The translations under genes and the position numbers were made by a program. A model generated the notes under the pieces. It did not search any database. It was given only the letters and a program-made list of their open reading frames with translations, and was not told the DNA's origin. Source: an uncultured Actinomycetota bacterium (GTDB lineage Bacteria; Actinomycetota; Actinomycetes; JAHEKZ01). From it: DNA of 64,000 bases. Each line of letters opens with the position of its first letter. Positions within the stretch are counted from its first letter, which is position 1. Positions 39,225 through 48,402 of this stretch are shown piece by piece. The stretch is from assembly GCA_963743915.1 (NCBI GenBank), contig CAVURN010000001.1:862683-926682 (forward strand), given 5' to 3'.

Positions 39225-39974
39225 GTGGACGGATTCCACGCTCTGGGTGCCGTCGCGTCCGTGGCCGTTGCATTCTCGCTGACCATCGGGCTGACGCCGT
39301 CGCCGGCGGCGTCGACGAGTGCGCGGAGCGCAGAGGCCCGCGTCGCGACCTCGTCGCTGCGGCCGAACATGACCGCCAAGCTCATCCCCTTCGGGTACCG
39401 ACGCAAGATGCAGATGGCGCGGTACTCCCAGCGGCACTACGGAGAGCGCCGATTCCGGCTGCGCGACCCGAAGGTGATCGTGGAGCACTACACCGACGGG
39501 CCGTCGATGATCAGCGCCTGGTGGACGATGGCGAACAACACCAAGAACCTCGGCGAGTCGCCCGGCGTGTGCGCGCACTTCATCGTCGACGAGCGCGGAC
39601 GCATCATCCGCGTGGTTCCCCTGGGGCTTCGCTGCCGGCACACGATCGGTCTCAACCAGACCGCCATCGGGATCGAGCACGTGGGGACGTCGGACCGCGA
39701 CGTCATGACCCGGCAGCCGCAGCGTCGAGCCTCCTACCGGCTGACCCTCTGGTTGATGGCGAAGTACGGCATCAACGTCGGCAACGTGATCGGTCACGGC
39801 GAGAGCCTGCGGAGCCCCCTCCGTCACGAGGGCTATCCGTCGTGGCGCTGCCTGACCCACACCGACTTCTCACGGCGCACCATGGACGACTACCGGGAGC
39901 GGTTGCGTCACCTGGCGCGGGCCAACGACCTGCGGGTGGGACCGCGGCCGGCGTGGGTGAGCCCCGGCTGCTGA
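39225..39974 (+). CDS. N-acetylmuramoyl-L-alanine amidase (Amidase_2)
   Basis: VIVEHYT, AHFIVD, RHTIGLNQTAIGIEHVG, VIGH; signal peptide. Confidence 0.85.
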   Translation: MDGFHALGAVASVAVAFSLTIGLTPSPAASTSARSAEARVATSSLRPNMTAKLIPFGYRRKMQMARYSQRHYGERRFRLRDPKVIVEHYTDGPSMISAWWTMANNTKNLGESPGVCAHFIVDERGRIIRVVPLGLRCRHTIGLNQTAIGIEHVGTSDRDVMTRQPQRRASYRLTLWLMAKYGINVGNVIGHGESLRSPLRHEGYPSWRCLTHTDFSRRTMDDYRERLRHLARANDLRVGPRPAWVSPGC

Positions 39975-40012
39975 GCTGGTGGGGGAGTGCGGATGGCCGT
40001 GGTTCGGGTCGG

Positions 40013-40213
40013 TCAGACCTCGGTGAGACGGGCGGTCTCGTCCTGGATCTCGACGGCGAGCTTCTTCAGGCTCGGCTCGAACTGCTTGGCGTGGTGGGCG
40101 CAGAAGTGCAGCTCGCCGGTGATCAGTCGCACCCGGACGTAGGCCTGTGCGCCGCAGCGGTCGCAGCGGTCGGCAGCGGTGATCGCGGTGTCGGGGGCCA
40201 GAGTGGTGGTCAC
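40013..40213 (-). CDS. Small conserved actinobacterial Zn-ribbon protein (DUF7455)
   Basis: AADRCDRCGAQAYV...LHFCAHH; GGAGG RBS; usual neighbour of parE. Confidence 0.88.
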   Translation of the reverse strand: MTTTLAPDTAITAADRCDRCGAQAYVRVRLITGELHFCAHHAKQFEPSLKKLAVEIQDETARLTEV

Positions 40214-40387
40214 GTTGCCTCCTGAAGGTCGGACCGGGCGGTGGCCCGGCCGTCGGTCGCTGCCGGAGGTCTCCGGCACCGCGCGTGCTGTCGTCAGTAC
40301 TTCCTCCAACATCCCACCACAGTCCGACACTTCCCGCTCCGGACGACGATGGGGTTCGCCGTTGGCGTACACCATTGCCAAGCGTCG

Positions 40388-40403
40388 TGTGATCTGGGTC
40401 ACG
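40388..40403. promoter_or_regulatory. CRP/GlxR-like box
   Basis: TGTGA-TCTGGG-TCACG, one mismatch from TGTGA-N6-TCACA, in the divergent DUF7455/parE gap. Confidence 0.45.
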
Positions 40404-40519
40404 ACACGCCGATCGTGACCCAAATGGGCCCCTGCGGTGCGCCGACATCACCCGATCGGACCCGGGGGATAGCCTCGGGGGAGTCCCTTGTCGCTCCGCC
40501 CGAAGGAGACCGCGCCCGC

Positions 40520-42685
40520 GTGCCAGCACCCCGAGCCACCTCCCGCACCGGACGCACCCCTGCCGGGAACGCGGTCGCCGGTGAGAAGGCCAAGACCGGC
40601 ACGGCGCGAGCCAGGTCCACACCCAAGAAGGGCGCCGGCTACACCGCCAAGCACCTGTCGGTCCTCGAGGGCCTCGAAGCGGTCCGGAAACGCCCCGGCA
40701 TGTACATCGGCTCCACCGACTCCCGGGGTCTGGCGCACTGCCTGTGGGAGATCATCGACAACTCCGTCGACGAGGCCCTGGCCGGTCACTGCCACCGGAT
40801 CGACGTGACCCTCTACGACGATGGTTCGGTCGAGGTGGCCGACGATGGCCGCGGCATCCCTGTCGATATCGAGCCCAAGACGAAGCTCAGCGGGGTCGAG
40901 GTGGTGATGACCCGGCTGCACGCCGGCGGAAAGTTCGGTGGCGGCTCGTACACCGCGTCCGGCGGACTGCATGGGGTCGGGGCGTCGGTCGTCAACGCGC
41001 TGTCCGCGCGTCTCGACGTCGAGGTCGACCGCGACGGGAAGATCCACCTGATGTCGTTCCGGCGTGGCATCCCGGGCGACTTCACCGGAGATGCTGTCGA
41101 TTCGGACTTCAGCAAGCGTTCGGGGCTCCGCGTCGTCGGCAAGGCGCCGAAGCGGAAGACCGGCACCCGCGTCCGGTACTGGGCTGACCGCGAGATCTTC
41201 CCGCCGGACGCCGAGATGGATCTCGAGGCGCTCACGGCGCGGATGCGCCAGACCGCCTTTCTGGTCCCAGGGCTGACCCTCGTGCTGCACGACCACCGCG
41301 AGGGGCGGGGCACGGAGGAGTCGTTCCACTTCGACGGTGGCATCAGCGAGTACGTCGAGTACCTGAGTCAGGACGAACCGGTCGCGGACGTCGTCCGACT
41401 GCAGGGAGTGGGCCACTTCCATGAGACGGTGCCCGTGCTCGATGCCAAGGGCCACATGACCCCGCAGGAGGTCGAACGCGAGCTCACCGTCGACATCGCG
41501 CTCCGCTGGGGCACCGGCTACGAGACCATCGTCCGCAGCTTCGTCAACATCATCGCCACACCCAAGGGCGGCACGCACCTGTCCGGCTTCGAGCGGGGGC
41601 TGGTCCGCACCGTCAACGAGCAGCTGCGTGCCACCAAGCTGCTCAAGGCGAACGACGACCCGGTCGTGAAGGATGACGTGCTCGAGGGCCTGACCGCCGT
41701 GGTCACGGTGCGCCTCCCCGAGCCTCAGTTCGAGGGCCAGACCAAGGAAGTGCTGGGGACGTCGGCTGCGACCCGGATCGTGTCCCATGTGGTGCACCGT
41801 GAGCTCACCAAGGCACTCACCTCCACCCGGCGCGCCGACAAGGCGCGCGCACGCGCGGTGCTGGAGAAGGTGGTCGGCGCAGCGCGCGCCCGAATCGCGG
41901 CGCGACAGTCGAAGGAGCTCCAGCGCCGCAAGAACGCCCTGGAGACCTCGTCGCTGCCGGCCAAGCTCGCGGACTGCCGCAGCGGGGACGTCGAGCGCAC
42001 CGAGCTCTTCATCGTCGAGGGCGACAGCGCCCTCGGCACGGCCAAGCTGGCTCGATCGAGCGAGTTCCAGGCGCTGCTGCCCATCCGCGGCAAGATCCTC
42101 AACGTCCAGAAGGCGTCGGTCGGCGACATGCTCAAGAACACCGAGTGTGCGGCGCTGATCCAGGTTCTGGGCGCCGGGTCGGGTCGGACGTTCGACCTCG
42201 ACGCGGTCCGCTACGGCAAGGTCATCATCATGACCGACGCCGACGTCGACGGCGCGCACATCCGCACGCTGCTGCTGACCCTGTTCCACCGCTACATGCG
42301 CCCCTTGCTGGCCGACGGCCGGGTCTTTGCCGCGGTCCCTCCCTTGCACCGGGTCGAGGTCGTCACGGGTGGGGGCCGGAAGAACGAGGTGCTCTACGCG
42401 TACACGGACGCGGAGATGAAGTCCCTCCTCGCCGACCTCGAGCGCAAGGGGAAGCGGATCAAGCAGCCGGTGCAGCGCTACAAGGGACTCGGCGAGATGG
42501 ATGCGGAGCAGCTGCGCGAGACCACCATGGATCCGCGACGCAGGACGTTGCGGCGGATCACGCTCGCCGACGCCGAGCACGGCTCGGAGGTCTTCGAGCT
42601 GCTCATGGGCAACGAGGTCGCGCCCCGACGGGAGTTCATCGTGGACGGAGCCGCAGCCCTCGACCGTTCCCGGATCGACGCCTGA
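40520..42685 (+). CDS. parE: DNA topoisomerase IV subunit B
   Basis: LEGLEAVRKRPGMYIGS, EIIDNSVDE, DDGRGIP, GGLHGVGASVVNALS, VEGDSA, PIRGK, MTDADVDG, RYKGLGEM; GAAGGAG RBS; located at the sigA locus rather than oriC. Confidence 0.9.
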   Translation: MPAPRATSRTGRTPAGNAVAGEKAKTGTARARSTPKKGAGYTAKHLSVLEGLEAVRKRPGMYIGSTDSRGLAHCLWEIIDNSVDEALAGHCHRIDVTLYDDGSVEVADDGRGIPVDIEPKTKLSGVEVVMTRLHAGGKFGGGSYTASGGLHGVGASVVNALSARLDVEVDRDGKIHLMSFRRGIPGDFTGDAVDSDFSKRSGLRVVGKAPKRKTGTRVRYWADREIFPPDAEMDLEALTARMRQTAFLVPGLTLVLHDHREGRGTEESFHFDGGISEYVEYLSQDEPVADVVRLQGVGHFHETVPVLDAKGHMTPQEVERELTVDIALRWGTGYETIVRSFVNIIATPKGGTHLSGFERGLVRTVNEQLRATKLLKANDDPVVKDDVLEGLTAVVTVRLPEPQFEGQTKEVLGTSAATRIVSHVVHRELTKALTSTRRADKARARAVLEKVVGAARARIAARQSKELQRRKNALETSSLPAKLADCRSGDVERTELFIVEGDSALGTAKLARSSEFQALLPIRGKILNVQKASVGDMLKNTECAALIQVLGAGSGRTFDLDAVRYGKVIIMTDADVDGAHIRTLLLTLFHRYMRPLLADGRVFAAVPPLHRVEVVTGGGRKNEVLYAYTDAEMKSLLADLERKGKRIKQPVQRYKGLGEMDAEQLRETTMDPRRRTLRRITLADAEHGSEVFELLMGNEVAPRREFIVDGAAALDRSRIDA

Positions 42686-42703
42686 ACCACTAGGGTCTCG
42701 GCC

Positions 42704-42973
42704 ATGTGCTGCATCGTGGCGTTGATGGGGCTGATCGGCCCCCGGGTGGCGTTCCTGTTCGCGTGGATCTTCACGAACGAGGTCGACCAGGCGTTCGACT
42801 CATTCTGGATGAAGCTCCTCGGACTCATCTTCCTGCCGTGGACGGCGCTCTTCTGGGCCATCGCGTACGCCCCGGTGCAGGAGGTGTCGGGCTTCGGCAT
42901 CTTCCTGGTGCTGCTCGGGCTCGTGATGGACATCGCGTCCTACACGTCGGGCGTGTACAGCCGCCGCGACTGA
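42704..42973 (+). CDS. Small membrane protein
   Basis: GPRVAF...LGLIFLPWT; three hydrophobic segments. Confidence 0.75.
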   Translation: MCCIVALMGLIGPRVAFLFAWIFTNEVDQAFDSFWMKLLGLIFLPWTALFWAIAYAPVQEVSGFGIFLVLLGLVMDIASYTSGVYSRRD

Positions 42974-42989
42974 GCGTCACAGCGTGCCG

Positions 42990-43511
42990 TCAGGTGTCTG
43001 GCTCGTGCACGCTGACCAGGTCGAGGCGCCCGGTGTCCACGTCGAAGATCGCGCCGCCGATGGCCAGGTTGCGCGGCAGCAAGGGGTACGCCCGGATGCG
43101 GGTCAGGTCATGCCGGAGTGAGGCCACCTGATCGTCGGTTGTGCGGAACTCCAGGCTGCGGGTGTCCACGCCGTGCTCGTCACGGATCTTCGCGTGGATC
43201 TCGGCCTCGGTGAACCCGGCCATCGCGCACTTGGTGTGGGGCATCACGAGCACGCGGTCGACCTCGAGCAGGTACGCCCCGAGCACGAGCGTGCGGAGGA
43301 CGTCCTCGGTGACTCGCCCCCCAGCGTTGCGGAGCACCTTGGCGTCGCCAGGGCCTATTCCCAGGATGTCGAACGGGTTGATCCGCGAGTCCATGCACGT
43401 GAGCACGGCAAGTCCCCGCGCAGCGCGAGCCGGCAGGCCCGAGTTCTCGAAGCTGTCGGCGAAGGCTTCGTTCGCTGTCAGGAGGTCGTCGAAGCTTCCT
43501 GGCGCGTTCAC
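42990..43511 (-). CDS. Beta-class carbonic anhydrase
   Basis: LTCMDSRI, RNAGGRVT, HTKC; GTG overlaps the upstream stop. Confidence 0.92.
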   Translation of the reverse strand: MNAPGSFDDLLTANEAFADSFENSGLPARAARGLAVLTCMDSRINPFDILGIGPGDAKVLRNAGGRVTEDVLRTLVLGAYLLEVDRVLVMPHTKCAMAGFTEAEIHAKIRDEHGVDTRSLEFRTTDDQVASLRHDLTRIRAYPLLPRNLAIGGAIFDVDTGRLDLVSVHEPDT

Positions 43512-44062
43512 ACGGGTTCCTTTCCGGGGAGCCACTTGATGCCGCAGCCCATGCTGGGACGGTGCGGTTCTGGGACTGCACTGCCCGCGGCGACCAGGGT
43601 GATCGCGTCCCGCAGCTCCTGACCGGTGACCGGCTCGTCGTTGCCCGGTGTGGCGGCGTCGAAGGCTCCGCGGTACGCCAGGCGGCGGTCGGGACCGTAG
43701 ACGAAGAAGTCGGGTGTGCAGACGGCTCCGAACGCCTTGGCGACCGACTGCTCGGTGTCCACGAGATAGGGAAAGGACCACTGGGCACGAGCGGCCTGCT
43801 CGGCCAGGTGCACTGCACCGTCGTCCGGATAGCGGTCGACGTCGTTGCTGCAGATGGCGACGAGATCGAGGGTGGGTCCGGGCGAGAACGTCCCCAGCTG
43901 GTCCTCGATGTGTCGGACGTAGGGACAGTGGTTGCAGGCGAAGAACACGACGAGCACTGGAGCGGTGAAGTCGGCGAGCGAGTGGACGGTGCCGTGGACG
44001 TCGGGTAGCGCGAACGCAGGGCAAGGCGTGCCCAAGGGCACCAGCGATGACGTCAGAGCCAT
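43508..44062 (-). CDS. Thioredoxin-family (peroxiredoxin-like AhpC/TSA) protein
   Basis: ACNHCPYV, ICSNDVDRYPDD, AVCTPDFF, SMGCGIKW. Confidence 0.9.
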   Translation of the reverse strand: MALTSSLVPLGTPCPAFALPDVHGTVHSLADFTAPVLVVFFACNHCPYVRHIEDQLGTFSPGPTLDLVAICSNDVDRYPDDGAVHLAEQAARAQWSFPYLVDTEQSVAKAFGAVCTPDFFVYGPDRRLAYRGAFDAATPGNDEPVTGQELRDAITLVAAGSAVPEPHRPSMGCGIKWLPGKEPV

Positions 44063-44082
44063 GACCCCATCCTGCCGCAGGA

Positions 44083-44433
44083 CTAGGAGAGGGGCACGAC
44101 GTAGGACTCGACCCGGGAGATGAGCTCGTCACGAAAGGTCAGGACGGTGCAGAAGGCGAAGCGCACGGTTCCGCCGGAGGCGAGAGATCCCCGGCCTTCC
44201 CCGATCGCCACCGCAGTGTCGCCGTCTTGGACGACGCGATCGACGTCGAGCGTCGGCCTGCCCACGAAGGCCGCGTTCTCGATCTCTCCATCGAAGGCCT
44301 CCTTGCCGCGCAGAGAGGTGTGTCCCGGGATGTCCCACGCGACGTCCTCGGTGAGGCACCTCAGGATCTGGTCATGGTCACCGTGGCGGAATCCGTCGAA
44401 GTACTCCGCGACGATCGACTGACGACTGGTCAT
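44083..44433 (-). CDS. NTF2/SnoaL-like protein
   Basis: YFDGFRHGDHDQILRCLTEDVAWDIPG...GKEAFDGEIEN. Confidence 0.85.
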   Translation of the reverse strand: MTSRQSIVAEYFDGFRHGDHDQILRCLTEDVAWDIPGHTSLRGKEAFDGEIENAAFVGRPTLDVDRVVQDGDTAVAIGEGRGSLASGGTVRFAFCTVLTFRDELISRVESYVVPLS

Positions 44434-45332
44434 CCCTTCGCAACCTCCGCCTGATCGGTGATGGTGGTCTGGAACCAGCTCGAGCCGACAGCTGCCTTGC
44501 CACACGACTCGGGTCGGTGCGGTCCACTGCGCTGCTCAACCTCGACGGAGAAAGTGGCACTGCCTGTGCTGACCGACCAAAGTCCCTCCTGGCCGGGGTG
44601 CACGGACAGCGCGCGGGGGTGAGGCGCGCCGAGGTGCTGCAGCACCGCCAGCTCGGCAGCCTGTGCTGCAGCCGGCAACGACGAGCGGCCGCGGCAGGAG
44701 GCGAGGGTGCGCTGGGCCGCGTCCGGGCCGCCGTAGAGGAAGCCGTCCGGCAGGGACAGGTAGGTCGGGGCGAACCGGTGACCGCTCAGGTGGGAGGTCT
44801 CCCAGACCGCGGACCGGGCGTCCCGGCGCGCGGCGAGCTCGGCAGCGAGCGGACGCCCGAGCAGCGCGCAGCAGCGGTCTCGGCGGGCGTTGGTGCACAC
44901 GAGGACGGCGGCCCCCACGGACGGGTCATGGGCTCCCGGGAGGGTCTCCGGGGGAGTGGTCGACTGCAGACACGCCTCCAGGTCGAAGCGGGTCAGCTCG
45001 TCGAGATCGGTGACCCAGCGGCTGGAAAGCCAGGTCGCGCCGGGGTCGGTGCGCGCCACGAGCAGGGTGCGGCGTGCCGGGTGCCGGTCGGCGTGGTGCT
45101 CGGTGGCCCGGATCAGGCCGACCCGCACGACCCCCGGTGCGGTCAGAGCGGCCAGGCGTGCGGAGACGGCGGACTCGAGATGGCTGTCGTGGACGGCGTC
45201 GCGACCCCACGGCCCGGGCTGCTCGAGCAGGACCCACACGCGGGCGTGAGGCGCGGTCCCGCCGAGGGGCTCCCCGGCGGCCCGGCTCAGCGCCGAGCAG
45301 GGCCTGCCGACGGGGTCCGCGGTGTCCGACAC
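44430..45332 (-). CDS. Sucrase/ferredoxin-like (Apd1/Aim32-type Fe-S) protein
   Basis: LLEQPGPWG, VCTNARRDRCC, WETSHLSGHRFAP. Confidence 0.88.
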   Translation of the reverse strand: MSDTADPVGRPCSALSRAAGEPLGGTAPHARVWVLLEQPGPWGRDAVHDSHLESAVSARLAALTAPGVVRVGLIRATEHHADRHPARRTLLVARTDPGATWLSSRWVTDLDELTRFDLEACLQSTTPPETLPGAHDPSVGAAVLVCTNARRDRCCALLGRPLAAELAARRDARSAVWETSHLSGHRFAPTYLSLPDGFLYGGPDAAQRTLASCRGRSSLPAAAQAAELAVLQHLGAPHPRALSVHPGQEGLWSVSTGSATFSVEVEQRSGPHRPESCGKAAVGSSWFQTTITDQAEVAKG

Positions 45333-45335
45333 CTG

Positions 45336-47783
45336 CTACGCCTCGAGCCGACCGGGGCCGACGGCGGTGATCGGCTGACTGGCACGTTCTCCGCTGCCGT
45401 CGCGACGGCCCTCGGCGGACGGCAGGTCCACGGGGACGCCGGCGCCTGCGCAGGCGAGCGGAGGAGCTGTCCCGGCCCACGCCAGGATCAGGGTGTCCTC
45501 GCCCTTGAGGAAGCGGTGGCACCGGACGCCGCCGGTTCCGCGCCCCTTGGCCGGGTACTCCGCGTAGTCAGTGACCTTCACGCTGCCGGCCTCGGTGCCC
45601 GGCAGGGCGGCCGAGCTGCCGGAGATCGTGACGACAGCGGCATCCCCGTGGCGATCCACCACGCCGAAGAAGACGGCGGTGGCGTCGTCGGCCAGCCGGA
45701 TCCCGGCCATGCCGCCGGCCGCCCGGCCCTGGGGACGGACAGCGGACGCGGCGTAGCGCAGCAGCTGACCGTCGGAGCTGACGAACACCAGGTCGGCGTC
45801 GTCGGGGGCGAGTCCGCAGCCCACGACCTCGTCGCCGTCCTTGAGGCCGATGACCTCCCATCGGTCCTTGTTGCTGGGCGGCTCGACGAGCAACCGCTTG
45901 ACCACGCCGTCCCGCGTGCCCAGCGCGAGGGGCGCCGGCGCGGACCTCAGGGGCACCAGGCCGAGCACCCGCTCGGCCCTTCCGAGGTCGAGGAACTCCG
46001 AGACGGGGGCGCCACCGGCCAGGGTCGGGCCAGCGGCCGTCGACGGCAGGGTCGGCAGGTCGAGGACCGCGAGCCGGACCACGTCACCCCGGGACGTGAC
46101 CACGCCGACCTCACCGCGCGCCGTCGTCTCCACCTCGGAGACGATGACGTCGTGCTTGGCCCGCGACCCGCTTGCCGGCAGTGGCTGGTCGTCGACGGTG
46201 CGGGCGAGAAGTCCGGTCGCCGACAGCAGGACGCGGCACGGGTCGTCCGAGACCTCCAGCGGCGCAGAGCGGGCCGGCTGTCCAGCTGACTCCAGCAGGA
46301 CGGTCCGTCGGGGTGTGCCGAACTGCTTGGCCACCTCGGCAAGCTCGGAGGAGACCAGCTTCTGCAGCAGCTTCTCGTCCTCGAGCAGCGCAGTGAGCGA
46401 CTCGATGGTGGCGGACAGCTCATCACGTTCGGTCTCCAGCTCGATGCGGGAGAACTTGGTCAGTCGGCGCAGGGGCATGTCGAGGATGTAGGTGGCCTGG
46501 ACGTCGGACAGGTCGAAGACCGCGATCAGACGCTGCTTGGCCGCAGCGGCGTCGTCGCTGGACCGGATCAGCTCGATGACCTCGTCGATGTCGATGATCG
46601 CGATGAGCAGACCCTCGACGAGGTGGAGGCGGTCAGTCGCCTTGCGTCTGCGGAACTCGGTGCGGCGTCGCACCACCTCGAGCCGGTGGTCGAGGTACTC
46701 GCGCAGCAGCTCGAGCAGTCCGAGCGTGCGGGGCTGACCGTCCACCAGCGCCACGTTGTTGATGCCGAACGAGTCCTCCAGGGGCGTGAGGCGGTACAGC
46801 TCATCGAGCACGGCGTCGGGATTGAACCCGTTCTTGACCTCGATGACCAGGCGAAGACCCTGCTCGTGGTCGGTGAGGTCGACCAGCCCCGAGATCCCCT
46901 GCAGCTTCTTGGCGCGCACGAGGTCGGAGATCTTCTCGACGACCCGCTCCGGTCCGATTCCCATCGGCAGCTCGGTGACCACGATCCCCTTGCGTCGCGG
47001 GGTCACGTTCTCGATACGGGCCGTGGCCCTGACCCGGAACGAGCCGCGCCCGGTGGCGTAGGCGTCGCGGATGCCGTCGAGTCCCACGATGCTGCCCCCG
47101 GTCGGCAGGTCCGGCCCGGGGATGAACCTCATCAGCGCGTCGAGGTCGGTCTTGGGGTGCGCGAGCAGATGCCGTGCCGCTGAGATCACCTCCACGAGGT
47201 TGTGCGGCGGCATGTTCGTGGCCATGCCGACGGCGATTCCGGTCGCGCCGTTGACGAGCAGGTTCGGGTAGGCGGCAGGGAGCACCCGGGGCTCGGTGAG
47301 CTGGCCGTCGTAGTTCGGCGAGAAGTCCACGACGTCCTCGTCGATGGACCCGGTCATCAGGAGGGCGGCCCGGTCGAGCCGGCACTCGGTGTAGCGCATC
47401 GCTGCCGGCCCCGAGTCGAGGCTGCCGAAGTTGCCGTGACCATCGACCAGCGGGAGCCGCATCGAGAAGGGCTGGGCCATGCGCACCAGCGCGTCGTAGA
47501 TCGCGGTGTCCCCGTGGGGGTGCAGCTTGCCCATCACCTCGCCCACCACCCGCGCGGACTTCACGTGACCGCGATCCGGACGCAGCCCCATGTCGTCCAT
47601 CTGGAACAAGATCCTGCGGTGCACCGGCTTCAGGCCGTCTCGGGCGTCAGGGAGAGCGCGCGAGTAGATGACGGAGTACGCGTACTCCAGGAAGCTGCCC
47701 TGCATCTCGTCGGCGACGTCGACGTCGACGATCGTCTCGCGGGGCGGCTCGGCGGACGCGGGGGGAGACTTGCGGCGGGCCAT
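45336..47783 (-). CDS. parC: DNA topoisomerase IV subunit A
   Basis: [30 protein letters not shown] (catalytic Tyr), GIAVGMATN; no GyrA-box seen. Confidence 0.9.
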   Translation of the reverse strand: MARRKSPPASAEPPRETIVDVDVADEMQGSFLEYAYSVIYSRALPDARDGLKPVHRRILFQMDDMGLRPDRGHVKSARVVGEVMGKLHPHGDTAIYDALVRMAQPFSMRLPLVDGHGNFGSLDSGPAAMRYTECRLDRAALLMTGSIDEDVVDFSPNYDGQLTEPRVLPAAYPNLLVNGATGIAVGMATNMPPHNLVEVISAARHLLAHPKTDLDALMRFIPGPDLPTGGSIVGLDGIRDAYATGRGSFRVRATARIENVTPRRKGIVVTELPMGIGPERVVEKISDLVRAKKLQGISGLVDLTDHEQGLRLVIEVKNGFNPDAVLDELYRLTPLEDSFGINNVALVDGQPRTLGLLELLREYLDHRLEVVRRRTEFRRRKATDRLHLVEGLLIAIIDIDEVIELIRSSDDAAAAKQRLIAVFDLSDVQATYILDMPLRRLTKFSRIELETERDELSATIESLTALLEDEKLLQKLVSSELAEVAKQFGTPRRTVLLESAGQPARSAPLEVSDDPCRVLLSATGLLARTVDDQPLPASGSRAKHDVIVSEVETTARGEVGVVTSRGDVVRLAVLDLPTLPSTAAGPTLAGGAPVSEFLDLGRAERVLGLVPLRSAPAPLALGTRDGVVKRLLVEPPSNKDRWEVIGLKDGDEVVGCGLAPDDADLVFVSSDGQLLRYAASAVRPQGRAAGGMAGIRLADDATAVFFGVVDRHGDAAVVTISGSSAALPGTEAGSVKVTDYAEYPAKGRGTGGVRCHRFLKGEDTLILAWAGTAPPLACAGAGVPVDLPSAEGRRDGSGERASQPITAVGPGRLEA

Positions 47784-47879
47784 GCGGCGGGGAGCTCCGG
47801 CAGGTTGGGGGTGGACGGGCAGACCCAGTCTCCCCGACGGCGTGGACACCGAGGAGGCGACCCGCCCGCGAGCGGCGGC

Positions 47880-48278
47880 TCAGTCGTCGGCCTCCGGCGT
47901 CGGGGTGGTGGTCAGCAGGTAGCCGAGCATTGCGATGAGGGCCAGCTGCCCCAGAGTGGTGAGCGCGATCCAGGACCACAGCGGCAGGTCGGTGACGAGG
48001 TCGTAGTCCAGGATGGCCCTGCCGAAGACCAGGAACAGCCCGATCACGGCGACCTGAACGGCCGTTCCCACTCCCCACACCCACCGACGATCGATGACCA
48101 CGAGGAGCGCCGCCCCAGAGGCGTACACCACGGCCAGCTGCAGGTAGGCACCGAAGGTGTTCTCGCTGGCCCCGACCTCGGCCGCACGGATGGCGAAGAA
48201 CATCCACAGGTAGATCACCGTCATCACGCCGCAGACTGCACCGGCAGTCAGCCGGACCCGTCGTCGAGCGAGACGCAT
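47880..48278 (-). CDS. Hypothetical membrane protein
   Basis: Four hydrophobic segments; fills the gap between parC and the acetyltransferase. Confidence 0.6.
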   Translation of the reverse strand: MRLARRRVRLTAGAVCGVMTVIYLWMFFAIRAAEVGASENTFGAYLQLAVVYASGAALLVVIDRRWVWGVGTAVQVAVIGLFLVFGRAILDYDLVTDLPLWSWIALTTLGQLALIAMLGYLLTTTPTPEADD

Positions 48279-48402
48279 GCAGGTGGGTCGTGGAGCGAAC
48301 CGTCATGCGGATCGCCTCCCTCCTCCGGCTTCAGGCTGCTCGTCGGGACCGCGCCGGGTCAGAGGACAAGGACCTGCCACCTGCGAGCAGTAGCGTGGGG
48401 TC

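Noticed and set aside
37715-40225. 836-aa ORF in the track suggesting a giant EEP fusion
   Set aside because: After ~39190 the translation is Arg/Pro-rich nonsense overlapping the amidase and DUF7455 genes; a nearby out-of-frame TAG indicates an indel read-through.
40520-47783. Calling the type II topoisomerase genes gyrB/gyrA
   Set aside because: They are separated, convergent, at the sigA locus rather than oriC, and no GyrA-box was seen, consistent with actinobacterial topoisomerase IV.
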